A stretch of DNA of 64,000 nt from a bacterium (GCA_963663405.2 CAXXSM010000100.1:1-64000), one strand, 5' to 3'. Numbered from the stretch's first letter, positions 10,888-21,473 are shown. Made by a program: numbers and translations. Notes: generated by a model not told the origin, from the letters alone.

Positions 10888-11516
10888 ATGGAGATAGATC
10901 ATCTTTCGCATATTGCCCATGTTTATGCGCCAGTTATTTTACTGGATGGAAATGATCATGTAGTGGGTTCATTCCTCGCTCATTCATTGTTGTTTGTAAA
11001 TGGTCATCATCGAAAGTGTCGATTAATTGGCTCGATCTTGATTCAAGCCCTTCATCTATCCGTTCTGACACAGTTAGTAATACAAATGAAAAAATCCTAC
11101 CTTATGTGCTCACCTTTCTAGAACCCTTGATAAACAAAAAGAAAGAATACCCTTGTTTTACGATCGAACAAAAACTGACCGACTCGGAAACAGCGATTAG
11201 AAAGGAGAAATTTTCATTAGAGGATCTATCCGCTGGGATAGCGATTACCATCGGTTTGCTTTCTTCGGCGCTCAAAATTCCTCTTTCTCAAAATTTTTTT
11301 TCGACAGGTTGCATAATAGACAATCAAGGACACATCGGGATCGTGTCTCACATCTCCCAGAAGTGCAAATGCGCTTTACACGATCATGCCAAAAGCTGGA
11401 AAACCATTTTAATCCCAAACGAGCGAGCAACACCATCATCTGCAAACTCGAGTTATCCTTCTGACTATATTGATATCCTAGAAGAATATCAAAATGTAGA
11501 AGAAATGTTTTCATAA
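10888..11516 (+). CDS. Lon C-terminal (S16-like) protease domain protein, frameshifted
   Basis: DLSAGIAITIGLLSS...STGCI..QGHIGIVSHISQK...KTILIP parallels Lon_C GPSAG...TGEI...VGGIKEK...KTVILP. RBS and ATG at 10888. Confidence 0.6.
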
Positions 11517-12497
11517 AAAAAAACATATCTGTATAATAAAATATCAGATATAGCGAAACATGGAATTATATCCTCGATAAGGAAGAATTACTGATTTGGC
11601 TTTTTAAGGAAAATGGTTATAACTTGGCACAAAATTAAACTTACTTTTAGATCCCATCCTAGGTAAATCACTAAAACAAAATGCCGAAAAATGCGATTGC
11701 AAGATATGAAGATATTGTATTACAATATACTACAAAAAAGAAGTGAAGAAATTCATTTGGTGGATGGATTTAATCCTTGGTAATCTAGAGATCTCTCCAC
11801 GAATTCCAAATTCGTTAATCAATTTGATACTCCATGTTTTTTATGATACTGAGTTGAAGGAACATGAAGATATTGTATTATTATGGTGGGAACATCGGAT
11901 CGAGATATAAAAATCCAAATACCATATATGATCTTTTCAAAATTTTACGCGCAATACCTGTTAACCCTTTTTAAACAAATCTATGAGCGATATGAACCGA
12001 AATCTTTTACCATACGAAATATGCTTGTCTCCTTGAGTGAGAATAACCAATATAGAGAATTAAGCAACGCTCTACTTATTCTTGGCCGAAAAATATCATG
12101 TGAACACGCAATCAATTATTTTAAGGACGATTTAATTCCAATATTAGAGGCTTATGTAGGAACCTTTGCAGAAATGTATAGAGCGGCCGAATTGGAATGG
12201 GAGAATTTTACCAAAAGATCTCCCCATATCAATTCAACGTCCATACCTGAGTCAGAAGAACAGGTTCAAAACTGGAATAAGAAAGTATTGTTGGGATAAA
12301 CACAGAATATATCACGATTTCATCGAGACCTTCTCTTCGTATTTATCTTTCACAAATCAAATATTTTCCTTAAGTCCCTTTTTTTTTCAAAGCAAACATG
12401 TTATCCAAAACTACATTGGTTTTATCACGAAAGAGAAAAGGCAAAGAAAAAACAAATATCTATACTCACTTGGATTTGCGATGACCAGCGACGTCCA

Positions 12498-13666
12498 TTG
12501 GTGGATTATATTGATGAATTGGTATTCAGTGAATTGCATCAAGGAATACGCTCACTGACATATCTCTTTGAGCAACTTGATGATTCAGGTACGGAAGAAT
12601 TATTTAAACCGATGACACCTAAAATGCGAATACGCATTGATAGTGATTTATCGAAGATGAGATATTATATCCCTTATAATTCTAATGAAGATAACGGAAA
12701 TGTTGTTAATAATCCACTACTACTGTGGCAAGGATCAACCGATTTGTGTGAAATGTGGAGATCAAATGATTGGAATGAAAATAAATGTGAATTGTCATTT
12801 TTACCAAACTACAAAACATCAAATCCCCCCCCGAAACTTGGTATAAGTGAAATATTCTCTTGGCATAATTTTGTTGTTGAAATCGATGGCATTGAGATAT
12901 TCTTCAATCAGATATTTGAATGGCCTCCCTCCATAGATTCGTTATTTTTTGTAGAGACCTTAGACAACCATTTTGCGGATAACTTATGCAATGTTAAAAA
13001 TGTCTGGGATGTTGGTTGCGGTACGGGAATAATTGGAGTCTCAATTGCCAAGAAATACCAAAATGTCGAGTTATTATTGTTAAGCGATTTAGATCGTAAA
13101 AAAGGATTGTTATCTAAGTGGAATGCAAATTACAATTTAAGACAAAGATTAACACAACAAACTATAAGATACAAATTTATGACGGGAGAAGGATTGTCTT
13201 GTAACGAACAGAATCGAAGGTATGATTTATTAGTTTGTGCTCCACCTTATTTACCGGAGAGAGATATTTCATCATACAATTGGAATAGATCGAGCGACGA
13301 GTGGCACAATTCTATTAGAAGATGTAGTGCTGAATGGTTTTCGACATAGTCAGGAAGTCGTTCTACAATTTTCAAAAATTGCTTGGCCCGAATTCATTGC
13401 GTCTCTTGAAAAATCTGGATGTGATTACAAAATGCCTAGCAGAAAAATCAGTCCCTGTTAGAATCCCTTCGATCCAACCTTATACACCAGAAGAACATGG
13501 GATCAATAGTTCTCATCCGCAATATGAAATCTTTCTTGATAATTATAGAAAATTAAGAGACTACACTATCTGGCTTGAAGATCAGAACCGAATATATCAA
13601 CGAAATGAAAGAAATTTCAGATATTGGCATGATATCATAGTAGTCCAGTTACTTAAGGGGAGATAA
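12498..13666 (+). CDS. Class I SAM-dependent methyltransferase (HemK/PrmC-like motifs), frameshifted; probably continues upstream ORFs
   Basis: VWDVGCGTGIIG motif I, LSDLD acidic motif II and CAPPYLP (NPPY-like). Continues in ORFs 13237-13461 and 13334-13666. Confidence 0.7.
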
Positions 13667-13827
13667 AAAAATTTTTAGAATTATAACATCTCAATATTTG
13701 AAATGACCAAGCCACTATTACTAACAAAGATTACATTTATGATGGAATTTAGCTATGAATTACTTCGTTTTATCGAACTGGACTATTGCTGAGAATCCGT
13801 TACACAACATGAGATGGAATACATTTT

Positions 13828-14866
13828 TCACAATTTATCAATATCTTCCCTCAATCGTTGGTCATTAAGGTGCGCATATCTCTGTGTTACTTGCAGTGTT
13901 TTATGACCCATCAATTCGCGAAGAGAATGAATTCCAACGCCCTTCTGAGCAAGGTGAGCGCCAAAGGAGTGCCGTAATCCATGAAGCCCTAGATCTTGTC
14001 GAATACCGAATCTTTCACCTGCGATCCGCCGAACTTTCTCCCACGGTTTACGGATATCTGCACGCGCTGAGCCATCAGGATTTTTTACAACTACTCCAAT
14101 ACGGACGTTCTTCGGGGAACCGACGAGAGGATATCAAGCAATTTGGGATGGATTGGAACCCCTAGGAATTGTTTATTCTTCCTTGTATCGATTATGATTC
14201 TACCTGAATCAATTTTGATCTCATCCCACTTTAATCTAATGATTTCTCCTTTTCTGAATCCGCCATATCTAGCTAACGCAACAGTCAAGTATATAGGCTC
14301 ACCACATTCCTTTGCTATTTCGAGCAATTTATCGCACTCGCTTTCAGTAAAAAAACGTGGCGGTTTAATCTCTAATTTTAGATGTTCGATTTTGGGAGGA
14401 GTCCAATCATTTAGGTCTTCCCAAAAATCGGAGGCTTTTTTTAGCATGGACAGTAGAACACCGATATACATATTAATACTCCGCTTTGATAATCCACGAT
14501 TAATTAAGTATGTTTGATATCCTTGTAATTGTTCCTTCCCCAATTTATTTATTCGAATATCGCAATCGAAGTATTTTTAATATTTTCATTCGATATAATT
14601 CTTTTGATTTCGTAGGTCCATTTTTTTGATCTTCTTTCCTTTGACCATTCTAAGTATTTTTCCGCAATTTCCTCTAATATTCTTTTCGTACCAATGGTCT
14701 TTACGACTGATCCATGACTCATTTTTTTATCAAAGTCACGCTTTTTGACAAGCGCGATACGTCGATCAGATGTTTTTGTGCTTTTGTATGAACTTTTTCT
14801 AGTGAGAGGATGTGTGAATCGGATTTGCCAGTAAGGAGATCCATTACGTTTGATAAGCGTGGACAT
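13828..14866 (-). CDS. Tyrosine integrase of island 1 (frameshifted)
   Basis: N-terminal arm-binding YWQIRF segment and GFRKGEII. The C-terminus, read manually, has HGLRHSF...LMGH...TQRYAHL. Adjacent to att copy 15105. Confidence 0.85.
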
Positions 14867-15104
14867 GTTACAAACCTCCTAATAGGATTTTACTATATGA
14901 TATTTCTCAAACACTTTTTAGAAGAAAAATTGTCTGATATTTGTCTGATTCTATACGTAAAAAATGGTTGAATAGACGTTAAGTGATGTCACTAAACGGT
15001 AATTCTATTATAATAAATAAGTGCAAATAATTGAGATACTTATACTTTAAATACTATAGGATAAGTGGGTTAAATATTCAAGAGGTAATAATAGGAACAA
15101 CCGA

Positions 15105-15152
15105 CTTCTAAGCAGTGGGCCGCAGGTTCGAGTCCTGCCGGGCGTATACTGA
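15105..15152 (+). repeat. att site: 3' half of tRNA-Arg(TCT), copy 1
   Basis: CTTCTAAGCAGTGGGCCGCAGGTTCGAGTCCTGCCGGGCGTATACTGA, identical to 29991-30038. Has anticodon loop CTTCTAA and T-arm GGTTCGAGTCC; no 5' tRNA half upstream. Confidence 0.9.
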
Positions 15153-15530
15153 TTTTTCTGGACTTACGAATCCTCCTCCAAGTGACAAAAAATTCCAAGC
15201 TAACTCAGAGCTAACAAGTTTCTTCACTCCGTGGGCATTGCGCCTGCTTGGCGAGGATGTCGCGGGCGCGAGGAGCGCGTTCACTCTCTAAACCTTGGGG
15301 AACTGGTTCCCCAGGGTTTTTCCTCTTTCCCCTACCACCAGCCTGGCCGTCCTCATTCTTACCAGAGAGTTGTTTCCCCCCGCCTCGGCTTCGAGGAGGG
15401 TGACGCGCTGAATCGTTGTGTGGTATAAGTTATGGTGAGTTGGTGTTGATGGTATCTGGTTCAAAGGCGGATTACAGCCGAATAAGAAATCCAATTTTTA
15501 AATCGCGATTCAAATCACTAAGGTTAAAGC

Positions 15531-16342
15531 ATGACATCTTCTTTTTGCGCTTATATTGATGAATCAGGAGATGAAGGTTTTCGGTTTTAGAACGAACTTA
15601 TCCACACAAAAAAGCAGCGATTGGTTTGTTTTAAGTGCTTTCATCACTCGAAAACAGAATGATTTGGAAACTGTCAAATGTATCGACCAGATTCGTAAAG
15701 ATTTTGACATTAACCCTAAAAAGCATGTCCATTGGAAAAAAACTGAAACACCCTCAAAAAGTACGTTATTCTCAAATTCTTGCTAGTCTTCATGCTCGAA
15801 CAATTGGAATTTGCGTTCACAAACCTTCTCTTTTAGAACCGGAGAAATTTAAAGAACCTTATCGCCTTTATTTTTATGCCGTTCGGTATTTGATGGAACG
15901 TTTATCTTGGCTTGCTCGTGATAATCATAATCCAAGAAAATGGGGTGGAGATGGAACAATTAGTATTCTATTTTCTAATCGGCAAGGAATGCCATACGAT
16001 GAAATGAAAAATTATCTGAGACTTTTAGAAATTAAAAAAAACAACAATCAAGATATTCGAATAGAGTTTCAGCATACGCCTTTAAATAAAATTAGCACTC
16101 AAACGCCTGGTCGTTCGATGGGATTACAGTTAGCAGACGCTTGTGCTGGAGCATTTTTCAATGCCTTAGAACGTGACTTATTTGGGAATACAGAACCGCG
16201 CTATATCGAATTATTGAAGCAAATTTTATATAAACACGATGGAACATCTTGGGGTTATGGAACAAAAATAGTACCAAGAGAAGCCATTAACAATTTGAAG
16301 GAAGAATCCAGTCTTGAATGGTTGTGGAGGATGAAGGAATAA
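15531..16342 (+). CDS. DUF3800-family protein (RNase H-like), frameshifted
   Basis: N-terminal AYIDESGDEG read from ATG 15531 and C-terminal GLQLADACAG. Confidence 0.8.
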
Positions 16343-16348
16343 AAAAAA

Positions 16349-16433
16349 AGACAGATCCCAGGTCGTAGGAGCCCACGCACTAAGCGCTGCCGTCCTGAGG
16401 ACGACCTACGATAAATCCTGCGCATATCTGTCT
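16349..16433. ncRNA. Structured RNA candidate downstream of the DUF3800 gene
   Basis: Nested stems AGACAGAT/ATCTGTCT, CAGG/CCTG, TCGTAGG/CCTACGA and inner CGTCC-TGA-GGACG. Confidence 0.65.
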
Positions 16434-16509
16434 ATTAAAATTATACCCTCTTTTGAATAAGTTCGTCAACAGAAATTTCAAAAAAAATTGGGGATTGTAT
16501 TTCGCCTGC

Positions 16510-16764
16510 TCACTCCCCCCACACCTCCGGCGGAACCGGGCCGTACTCTTTTTCGAGGATATTCAAAACCATACGCCAATGTTTCGGCGTATATCGCCTA
16601 ATCCAACTCTCAAGCGTCTGTTTTGGAACGTCCAAAACCTTTTCGAGCGTTAGAATGCTCTGCCTGCGTGACGGCTCACCAATGTTATCCAGATACCAGC
16701 GGAATTTACACTGAAATTCATTTTTCCCGTCCTCCGGGCGTAGTGTTGGTTCATTCGGTGTCAT
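16510..16764 (-). CDS. Small HTH repressor candidate
   Basis: LEKVLDVPKQTLESWIR HTH-like segment; divergent from the rightward operon across operator palindromes. Confidence 0.55.
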   Translation of the reverse strand: MTPNEPTLRPEDGKNEFQCKFRWYLDNIGEPSRRQSILTLEKVLDVPKQTLESWIRRYTPKHWRMVLNILEKEYGPVPPEVWGE

Positions 16765-16786
16765 TCTTATACCTCACAACGTTGTA

Positions 16787-16872
16787 TCTCATATAGTATA
16801 TGAGAAACTCATAAAAAAAATAGGGGAATTTACAAAAAATGGGTTGACAGATACATGAGATACTCATATACT
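16787..16872 (+). promoter_or_regulatory. Sigma70 promoter with operator palindromes
   Basis: TTGACA(16844)-N17-TATACT(16867). ATGAG-N3-CTCAT occurs at 16800-16812 and at 16855-16867, the latter in the promoter spacer. Confidence 0.8.
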
Positions 16873-16920
16873 ATTAATGGAAATGAGCATTATAACCAAC
16901 CGAAGAAGGAGAATGAGACA

Positions 16921-17142
16921 ATGACACGGGGAACGATGAGCGAAAAAACCGAAATAGACACCAATCAAGCATTATTTTTCCGCGATGGCGATATGTCATT
17001 TGTTACGCGGCCACCGGAGCCAGAGGAAATCGAGCGAGCCAGGGGGCTGGTTGTTGAAGTCGATGGATACTGCTACGTCATTGGCCGGACTGCGCGGGTT
17101 GTGGGATTTGTTGAGTCCGCGTGTCAGAAAATTGACTACTGA
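16921..17142 (+). CDS. Small hypothetical phage protein
   Basis: First ORF after the promoter; AAGGAG RBS upstream. Start uncertain. Confidence 0.5.
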   Translation: MTRGTMSEKTEIDTNQALFFRDGDMSFVTRPPEPEEIERARGLVVEVDGYCYVIGRTARVVGFVESACQKIDY

Positions 17143-17317
17143 GCAGGCGTGGTGAACAAATGCAATCCACAGTTAATTCATTTTCGTTCACCATTTCTCA
17201 ACAGTAATTTATCCGCTAACTAACGCGCTATCAATGAGTTATCGATGGAATTCACGCGGTGTATTGAAAAATGTTAATAAATGGGGTATTGCGTTTCCCG
17301 CAAATGGTAGTAGAGTT

Positions 17318-17450
17318 CTACGGCTGAGAGCCAAAAACCGAAGTAGCAGGTAAGAGTAAATGCGTGGACCAACGCATAGCACAATATCGAATTTTCGAAG
17401 TCCCTCACGGTGAGTGTTGGTCCGCGCAGCCGTGAGGGACTTTTCTGTTT
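17318..17450 (+). promoter_or_regulatory. Structured leader or attenuator (c4/P4-CI-like organisation)
   Basis: Hairpin ATGCGT-GGACCA-ACGCAT and terminator-like AAGTCCCTCACGG...CCGTGAGGGACTT-TTCTGTTT, whose loop is complementary to the first hairpin. Confidence 0.6.
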
Positions 17451-17468
17451 ATGGGAAAGGAGCGGGCA

Positions 17469-17786
17469 ATGTCAAAAAAAGTTTTGCAGTTAAAGCCAAT
17501 TGATTGGAGCGATCCGGAAGCCGTCAAAGCATACAACCGGGCATATTATCGGGCAAACTGGAAAACGATTCGCGAGCGGCAAAGAAAGTACAAAAAAGAA
17601 CAGAGTAAGGATTTGACTGATAATTATCTTTTTTGGCTCTTGAAAGATAAGCATGGTATTGACCGCGAATATGTTACCCCAGAAATGCTTGAAATGTACC
17701 GGGATATTATACGTGTCAAGCGCAGTATGCGGGACGGGAATCCTGTTGACACGGTAATATTAAAAAGTTTGGTGCGCAGTCTCTAA
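17469..17786 (+). CDS. Hypothetical basic phage protein
   Basis: AGGAG RBS; YNRAYYRANWKTIRERQRKY helix. Confidence 0.6.
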   Translation: MSKKVLQLKPIDWSDPEAVKAYNRAYYRANWKTIRERQRKYKKEQSKDLTDNYLFWLLKDKHGIDREYVTPEMLEMYRDIIRVKRSMRDGNPVDTVILKSLVRSL

Positions 17787-17876
17787 ACATATGAAATCCA
17801 ATGAAAGGAGGTGTAAACAAAAACTGAGAGAACCAAGAGTATAGAATTTCAAATCTAAACTATGAGGTAAAAAACA

Positions 17877-18335
17877 ATGCAAGAAATAACAGTAACACCG
17901 ACAGACAAGCGAAGTCAACACATTGCACGACTACGAGAAGAGCACCGCGCTAGATTGGAAGCCGAAGCAAGCGCAAAGGAAAAGGAAGAAATGCAAATCA
18001 AAGAAGATGAACAGAAATTGAAAGCAAAAGGCTTAAAAGCAGCTGAGGATATGAATAAAGCAGATTTTGAAGAGATTCTCAAAATAGGAGAATTAGAACC
18101 AAGGTCTAGCACCAGATACATAGTCGAGAATGGTAATCCAAAAAAGGATACATATCAAGAAATGAAAGAGGAGGTTCGGAAAATTCTTAAGGAATATGAC
18201 GGACCAAAGCCAAAGAATGTAAACGGTCATTTACTTTACAAATATCATGAAGTTTGTGCCTGGTTTGGTGGCGTCATAGAATATTGGAATTCTATCAAAG
18301 ATGAGGTCGAAGCCGTAATCCCTAATTCAGAATAA
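17877..18335 (+). CDS. Hypothetical coiled-coil protein (paralog 1)
   Basis: GAGG RBS; C-terminal WFGGVIEYWNSIKDEVE. Confidence 0.65.
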   Translation: MQEITVTPTDKRSQHIARLREEHRARLEAEASAKEKEEMQIKEDEQKLKAKGLKAAEDMNKADFEEILKIGELEPRSSTRYIVENGNPKKDTYQEMKEEVRKILKEYDGPKPKNVNGHLLYKYHEVCAWFGGVIEYWNSIKDEVEAVIPNSE

Positions 18336-18440
18336 TTAATTTAGTTTTTGGTTTGGTAGGGTATGGTATGGTTTGGTTTGGGTATTACAACAGCAAAGAA
18401 CAGTGTTTTTATATATAAAATGAAAGTTGAGGTAAATATC

Positions 18441-18848
18441 ATGCAAGAACAAACTAACAAAGAAATCATCGAACGGTTGAGAGAAGAACGTCGCGCTGTA
18501 ATAAAAGAAGAAAAGCGAATTGCAGAAGAAAAACGACAAAAGCAATTAGCAGCGGAACAGGCCGAGAAAAACAGACAAGAGAAATTGGAGGACGAACAAA
18601 AGAAATTATACACACGCGGCTATGAAGCCGGTAAAAAAATACATTATTACAATATGCGGATAATTGTGAATTATCACATTAATGGTAACACATTCAAAGA
18701 TGAGAGGGAAGAAAAAGCATTTTTAACGGTTTTAAAAGAACACGGTTTTGGGCCGGGAACCCAGCTTCCCAAGATTAATATTTGGGTTGAAGGCGTAAAT
18801 GCCTACTGGGAAACAATCCGGGATGATGTCGAATTCGATAAACCATAA
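18441..18848 (+). CDS. Hypothetical coiled-coil protein (paralog 2)
   Basis: GAGG RBS, MQEQT start; C-terminal WVEGVNAYWETIRDDVE. Confidence 0.65.
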   Translation: MQEQTNKEIIERLREERRAVIKEEKRIAEEKRQKQLAAEQAEKNRQEKLEDEQKKLYTRGYEAGKKIHYYNMRIIVNYHINGNTFKDEREEKAFLTVLKEHGFGPGTQLPKINIWVEGVNAYWETIRDDVEFDKP

Positions 18849-19001
18849 CTAAAATAATCATAAATTCCGGCGCCGGAATGAATTTTTTTAGACCAATTTA
18901 CTATATATAGTAAAAAATGTGGAGAAATTAGAAAAAAAGTTTGCGCGGCTTGCATTTTTGGTATATCATATAGTGTATACACTCCAAGAAGGAGCCGTGC
19001 A

Positions 19002-19652
19002 ATGGCTAAAGTGAAGTTAGAAACATTGTGTTTCCGATGCAACGAAGAAACCGCCAACAAGATTCGCAAACGCGCTGATGAGATGGGACTTTCGCTTTAC
19101 TCATATCTCAAGCAACAGGCGTTGAGCCGCGAGCCATTGACTCAAGCGGCGGAGGATTATATCCGCGATATCGCCCGTGGCGTTGCGGAACAATTCGGAG
19201 GAGAGCCGGATATTAATTTCGCAAAAACGATGATACTGAATGACGCTACTGCTGGTTATCTGGCTCATTTCCATGAAGAGGGAATCGACTCACTCGGAGC
19301 GCGTCCGTTTCTATTTTTTAAACAGGGCAAACCACTTAGCCCAGAGGAACAGCAAGATGCGATGATAAACCGGCGTGTTGAAGAAATCCGGCGGCGGAAA
19401 AAAGAATTGGAAGAATGGAAAACGTATGCGAACGCATGCCGGAAACAATCGGAAGACTGGCAGGCGCTAACGATGGAGGTCGTGCGTGAATCAACTAAAG
19501 ACAATCCAAATATGGAGGCTATCGCCAACCGATTCAATTTGAAAGCAATTCCGGAACCAGCGGAAGAGGAGCCAACTTCACCGGCTGAGCCGGAACCGGA
19601 CGCGATTAAAAACCGGTACAATCCACCGAAAATGGCAAAAGTGAAATCATGA
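19002..19652 (+). CDS. Hypothetical with RHH-like N-terminus
   Basis: LCFRCNEETANKIRKRADEMGLSLYSYLKQQAL ribbon-helix-helix pattern. Confidence 0.55.
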   Translation: MAKVKLETLCFRCNEETANKIRKRADEMGLSLYSYLKQQALSREPLTQAAEDYIRDIARGVAEQFGGEPDINFAKTMILNDATAGYLAHFHEEGIDSLGARPFLFFKQGKPLSPEEQQDAMINRRVEEIRRRKKELEEWKTYANACRKQSEDWQALTMEVVRESTKDNPNMEAIANRFNLKAIPEPAEEEPTSPAEPEPDAIKNRYNPPKMAKVKS

Positions 19653-20029
19653 ATTATCTGGACTGGGAGAACCAAAAATACGAATCCGGCGAATCGGGCG
19701 GTGAGTCAGGCGAGAGTTTTATTCCTGCGCCGGTTGTCGCGTTTATTCGATGTATTTTAAAGAACGTTAATGATAAATATCCATCGTTGGAACTCGATTT
19801 TGGAACCGTCATGGCCAATCTGTTGATTGACTGTGTGGCCAGATATCGCGCGGAAATGGACCAATTTGGAAAGGCTGTAACTGGTGGACGTGGAGCATTT
19901 CTGCTAACAACAGAAGGAGAAATGAGGCGGGGGCAGGATTTATACGACGTGTTGAAAGCACATTACGCGGCGGAAATTCAGAGGCACACGGATAATGAAA
20001 GCAAACGGGAAATCGTCCCGTTGAATTGA
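19649..20029 (+). CDS. Hypothetical protein
   Basis: 126-aa ORF with ATGA overlap to the upstream gene. Confidence 0.6.
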   Translation: MNYLDWENQKYESGESGGESGESFIPAPVVAFIRCILKNVNDKYPSLELDFGTVMANLLIDCVARYRAEMDQFGKAVTGGRGAFLLTTEGEMRRGQDLYDVLKAHYAAEIQRHTDNESKREIVPLN

Positions 20030-20125
20030 TTTATAAAAAATAAAGCCGAGCGGCGTCAGTTTGGCGACGGAGGCCACTCGGCGAGAAAAGTAGCACAATA
20101 GGCTAGGAGCCTACGGGCTATTCTT

Positions 20126-21469
20126 ATGGTACTATCAATGTCGGTTGATGGCAATGGAAAAAATGAGAAATCCGGAGGAAAGTTAAGCCGGATCAATCCG
20201 CCTAAGCGCACGATTTTCCTGCCTGCCTCCACTTTTGAGACAATATGCTCTTATCCAATCACAAAGGGCGCGATCCTCTTTTATATAGCGATTAGATCAT
20301 ACGCGAATAGTGAGGGCTGGTGCAATCCATCCATAAAAACTTTCGCCGAAATGCTCAGCTGTGACCCGCGATCAATTAAGCGCCATATCCAAGAATTGTG
20401 TGAATATGGATTGCTCTCTGTCGAGGTGAATAAAGGGCATTCATCGAATGATTATTATTTGAATCTCGAACCAAAGAGAGGGGACAATTTTGTCACCTCT
20501 GTCACGGCAAAGAGAGGGGACATTTTTGGTCAAAAAACCGGAAGAGAGGGGACAAAACGTGTAAAGAGAGGGGACATTCCTGGTAAGGCTAACAATATAA
20601 ACAGTAATAGAACATCATCAGTAAGAACAATTGATGATGATGAACTAAATCCCGCGGGAAAAACACGCAACAGCAACAGCATTCCAAACCTGGATTTTCT
20701 TTCAAAAAACAAAAAAGAACTGGCTCTCAAATGCTGGAAAATACATCGCTCGAAATGGGGATCGGCGGAAGAATTTTCAGATACGCTCCGGCGTATTTCA
20801 GAAACGGAATCAGACGAAACGCTCCACGGCGCATTGGAAGATAATTCTGCTCACAGAAATCCACAGGATAGTGAACGTCTTATGGCGGCGGTATACCGTC
20901 TCCGGAAAATCTATCCATTAAATCCAAGCAAGAAGAGATTCGGCGAATGTGAGAAAGCGAAAGAAGAAGATATCCGCCGGGCTGAAGAGGAAGAGCGAAA
21001 ACGCTTCCAAAAGGCGCGTGAAAAGGTCCAACGTCACCGGCGCGAGGGCTGGACGGATGACGAAATAATCCGCAACGATTTTAGCCGATGGGAGAAAGAC
21101 GAAGTCCTGGAATGCGCTATATCGAAAGAAGCGATTGAAAAGCATTATGCAGAATTGGAAGCATGGGAAGAGGAAAAGCGAAAAGCCAGAGCCGCGGCAA
21201 AAAGAAAAGACCAAGAAGAAAAGCGGATTCTCCGGCTCGAAAAGCAAAAACAAGAATACGCCGTATTCATCGAAAAATTGGAAGGCATAACTGAAGCTAA
21301 GGCCGCTTTCCAATTGCGTTATCGATTCAACCTCGACGGTAAGTCAATTACTCCACAAACCACCGAAGATAAAAAACGGCTTATCGAAATTCTTGAGCGC
21401 ATAGGTATGCGCTTCGACGTGAATAAGAGTGGCTGTCCGGTTAATTGGGTTGTTCCGCAGAAAGGATAG
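20126..21469 (+). CDS. Replication initiator candidate (N-terminal winged HTH) with internal iterons
   Basis: LFYIAIRSYAN..GWCNPSIKTFAEMLSCDPRSIKRHIQEL..GLL...SSNDY, typical of phage Rep HTH domains. Confidence 0.75.
   Translation: MVLSMSVDGNGKNEKSGGKLSRINPPKRTIFLPASTFETICSYPITKGAILFYIAIRSYANSEGWCNPSIKTFAEMLSCDPRSIKRHIQELCEYGLLSVEVNKGHSSNDYYLNLEPKRGDNFVTSVTAKRGDIFGQKTGREGTKRVKRGDIPGKANNINSNRTSSVRTIDDDELNPAGKTRNSNSIPNLDFLSKNKKELALKCWKIHRSKWGSAEEFSDTLRRISETESDETLHGALEDNSAHRNPQDSERLMAAVYRLRKIYPLNPSKKRFGECEKAKEEDIRRAEEEERKRFQKAREKVQRHRREGWTDDEIIRNDFSRWEKDEVLECAISKEAIEKHYAELEAWEEEKRKARAAAKRKDQEEKRILRLEKQKQEYAVFIEKLEGITEAKAAFQLRYRFNLDGKSITPQTTEDKKRLIEILERIGMRFDVNKSGCPVNWVVPQKG
20474..20576 (+). 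repeat. Iterons (putative origin)
   Basis: Four exact AAGAGAGGGGACA copies at 20474, 20510, 20542 and 20564. Confidence 0.85.
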
Positions 21470-21473
21470 AAAA

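Noticed and set aside
13828-14866. Integrase as the IntI of the cassette array
   Set aside because: It has a phage-type arm-binding N-terminus, abuts a tRNA att and lies over 4 kb from the array; no IntI-specific insertion was recognised.
15070-15150. Complete tRNA-Arg gene (also at 29960-30035)
   Set aside because: Only the anticodon loop to 3' end is present; no acceptor 5' strand or D-arm upstream in either copy.
20044-20082. GCCGAG...TTTGGCGAC...CTCGGC hairpin before rep
   Set aside because: Imperfect stem of a kind common in phage intergenic regions; no specific function supportable.
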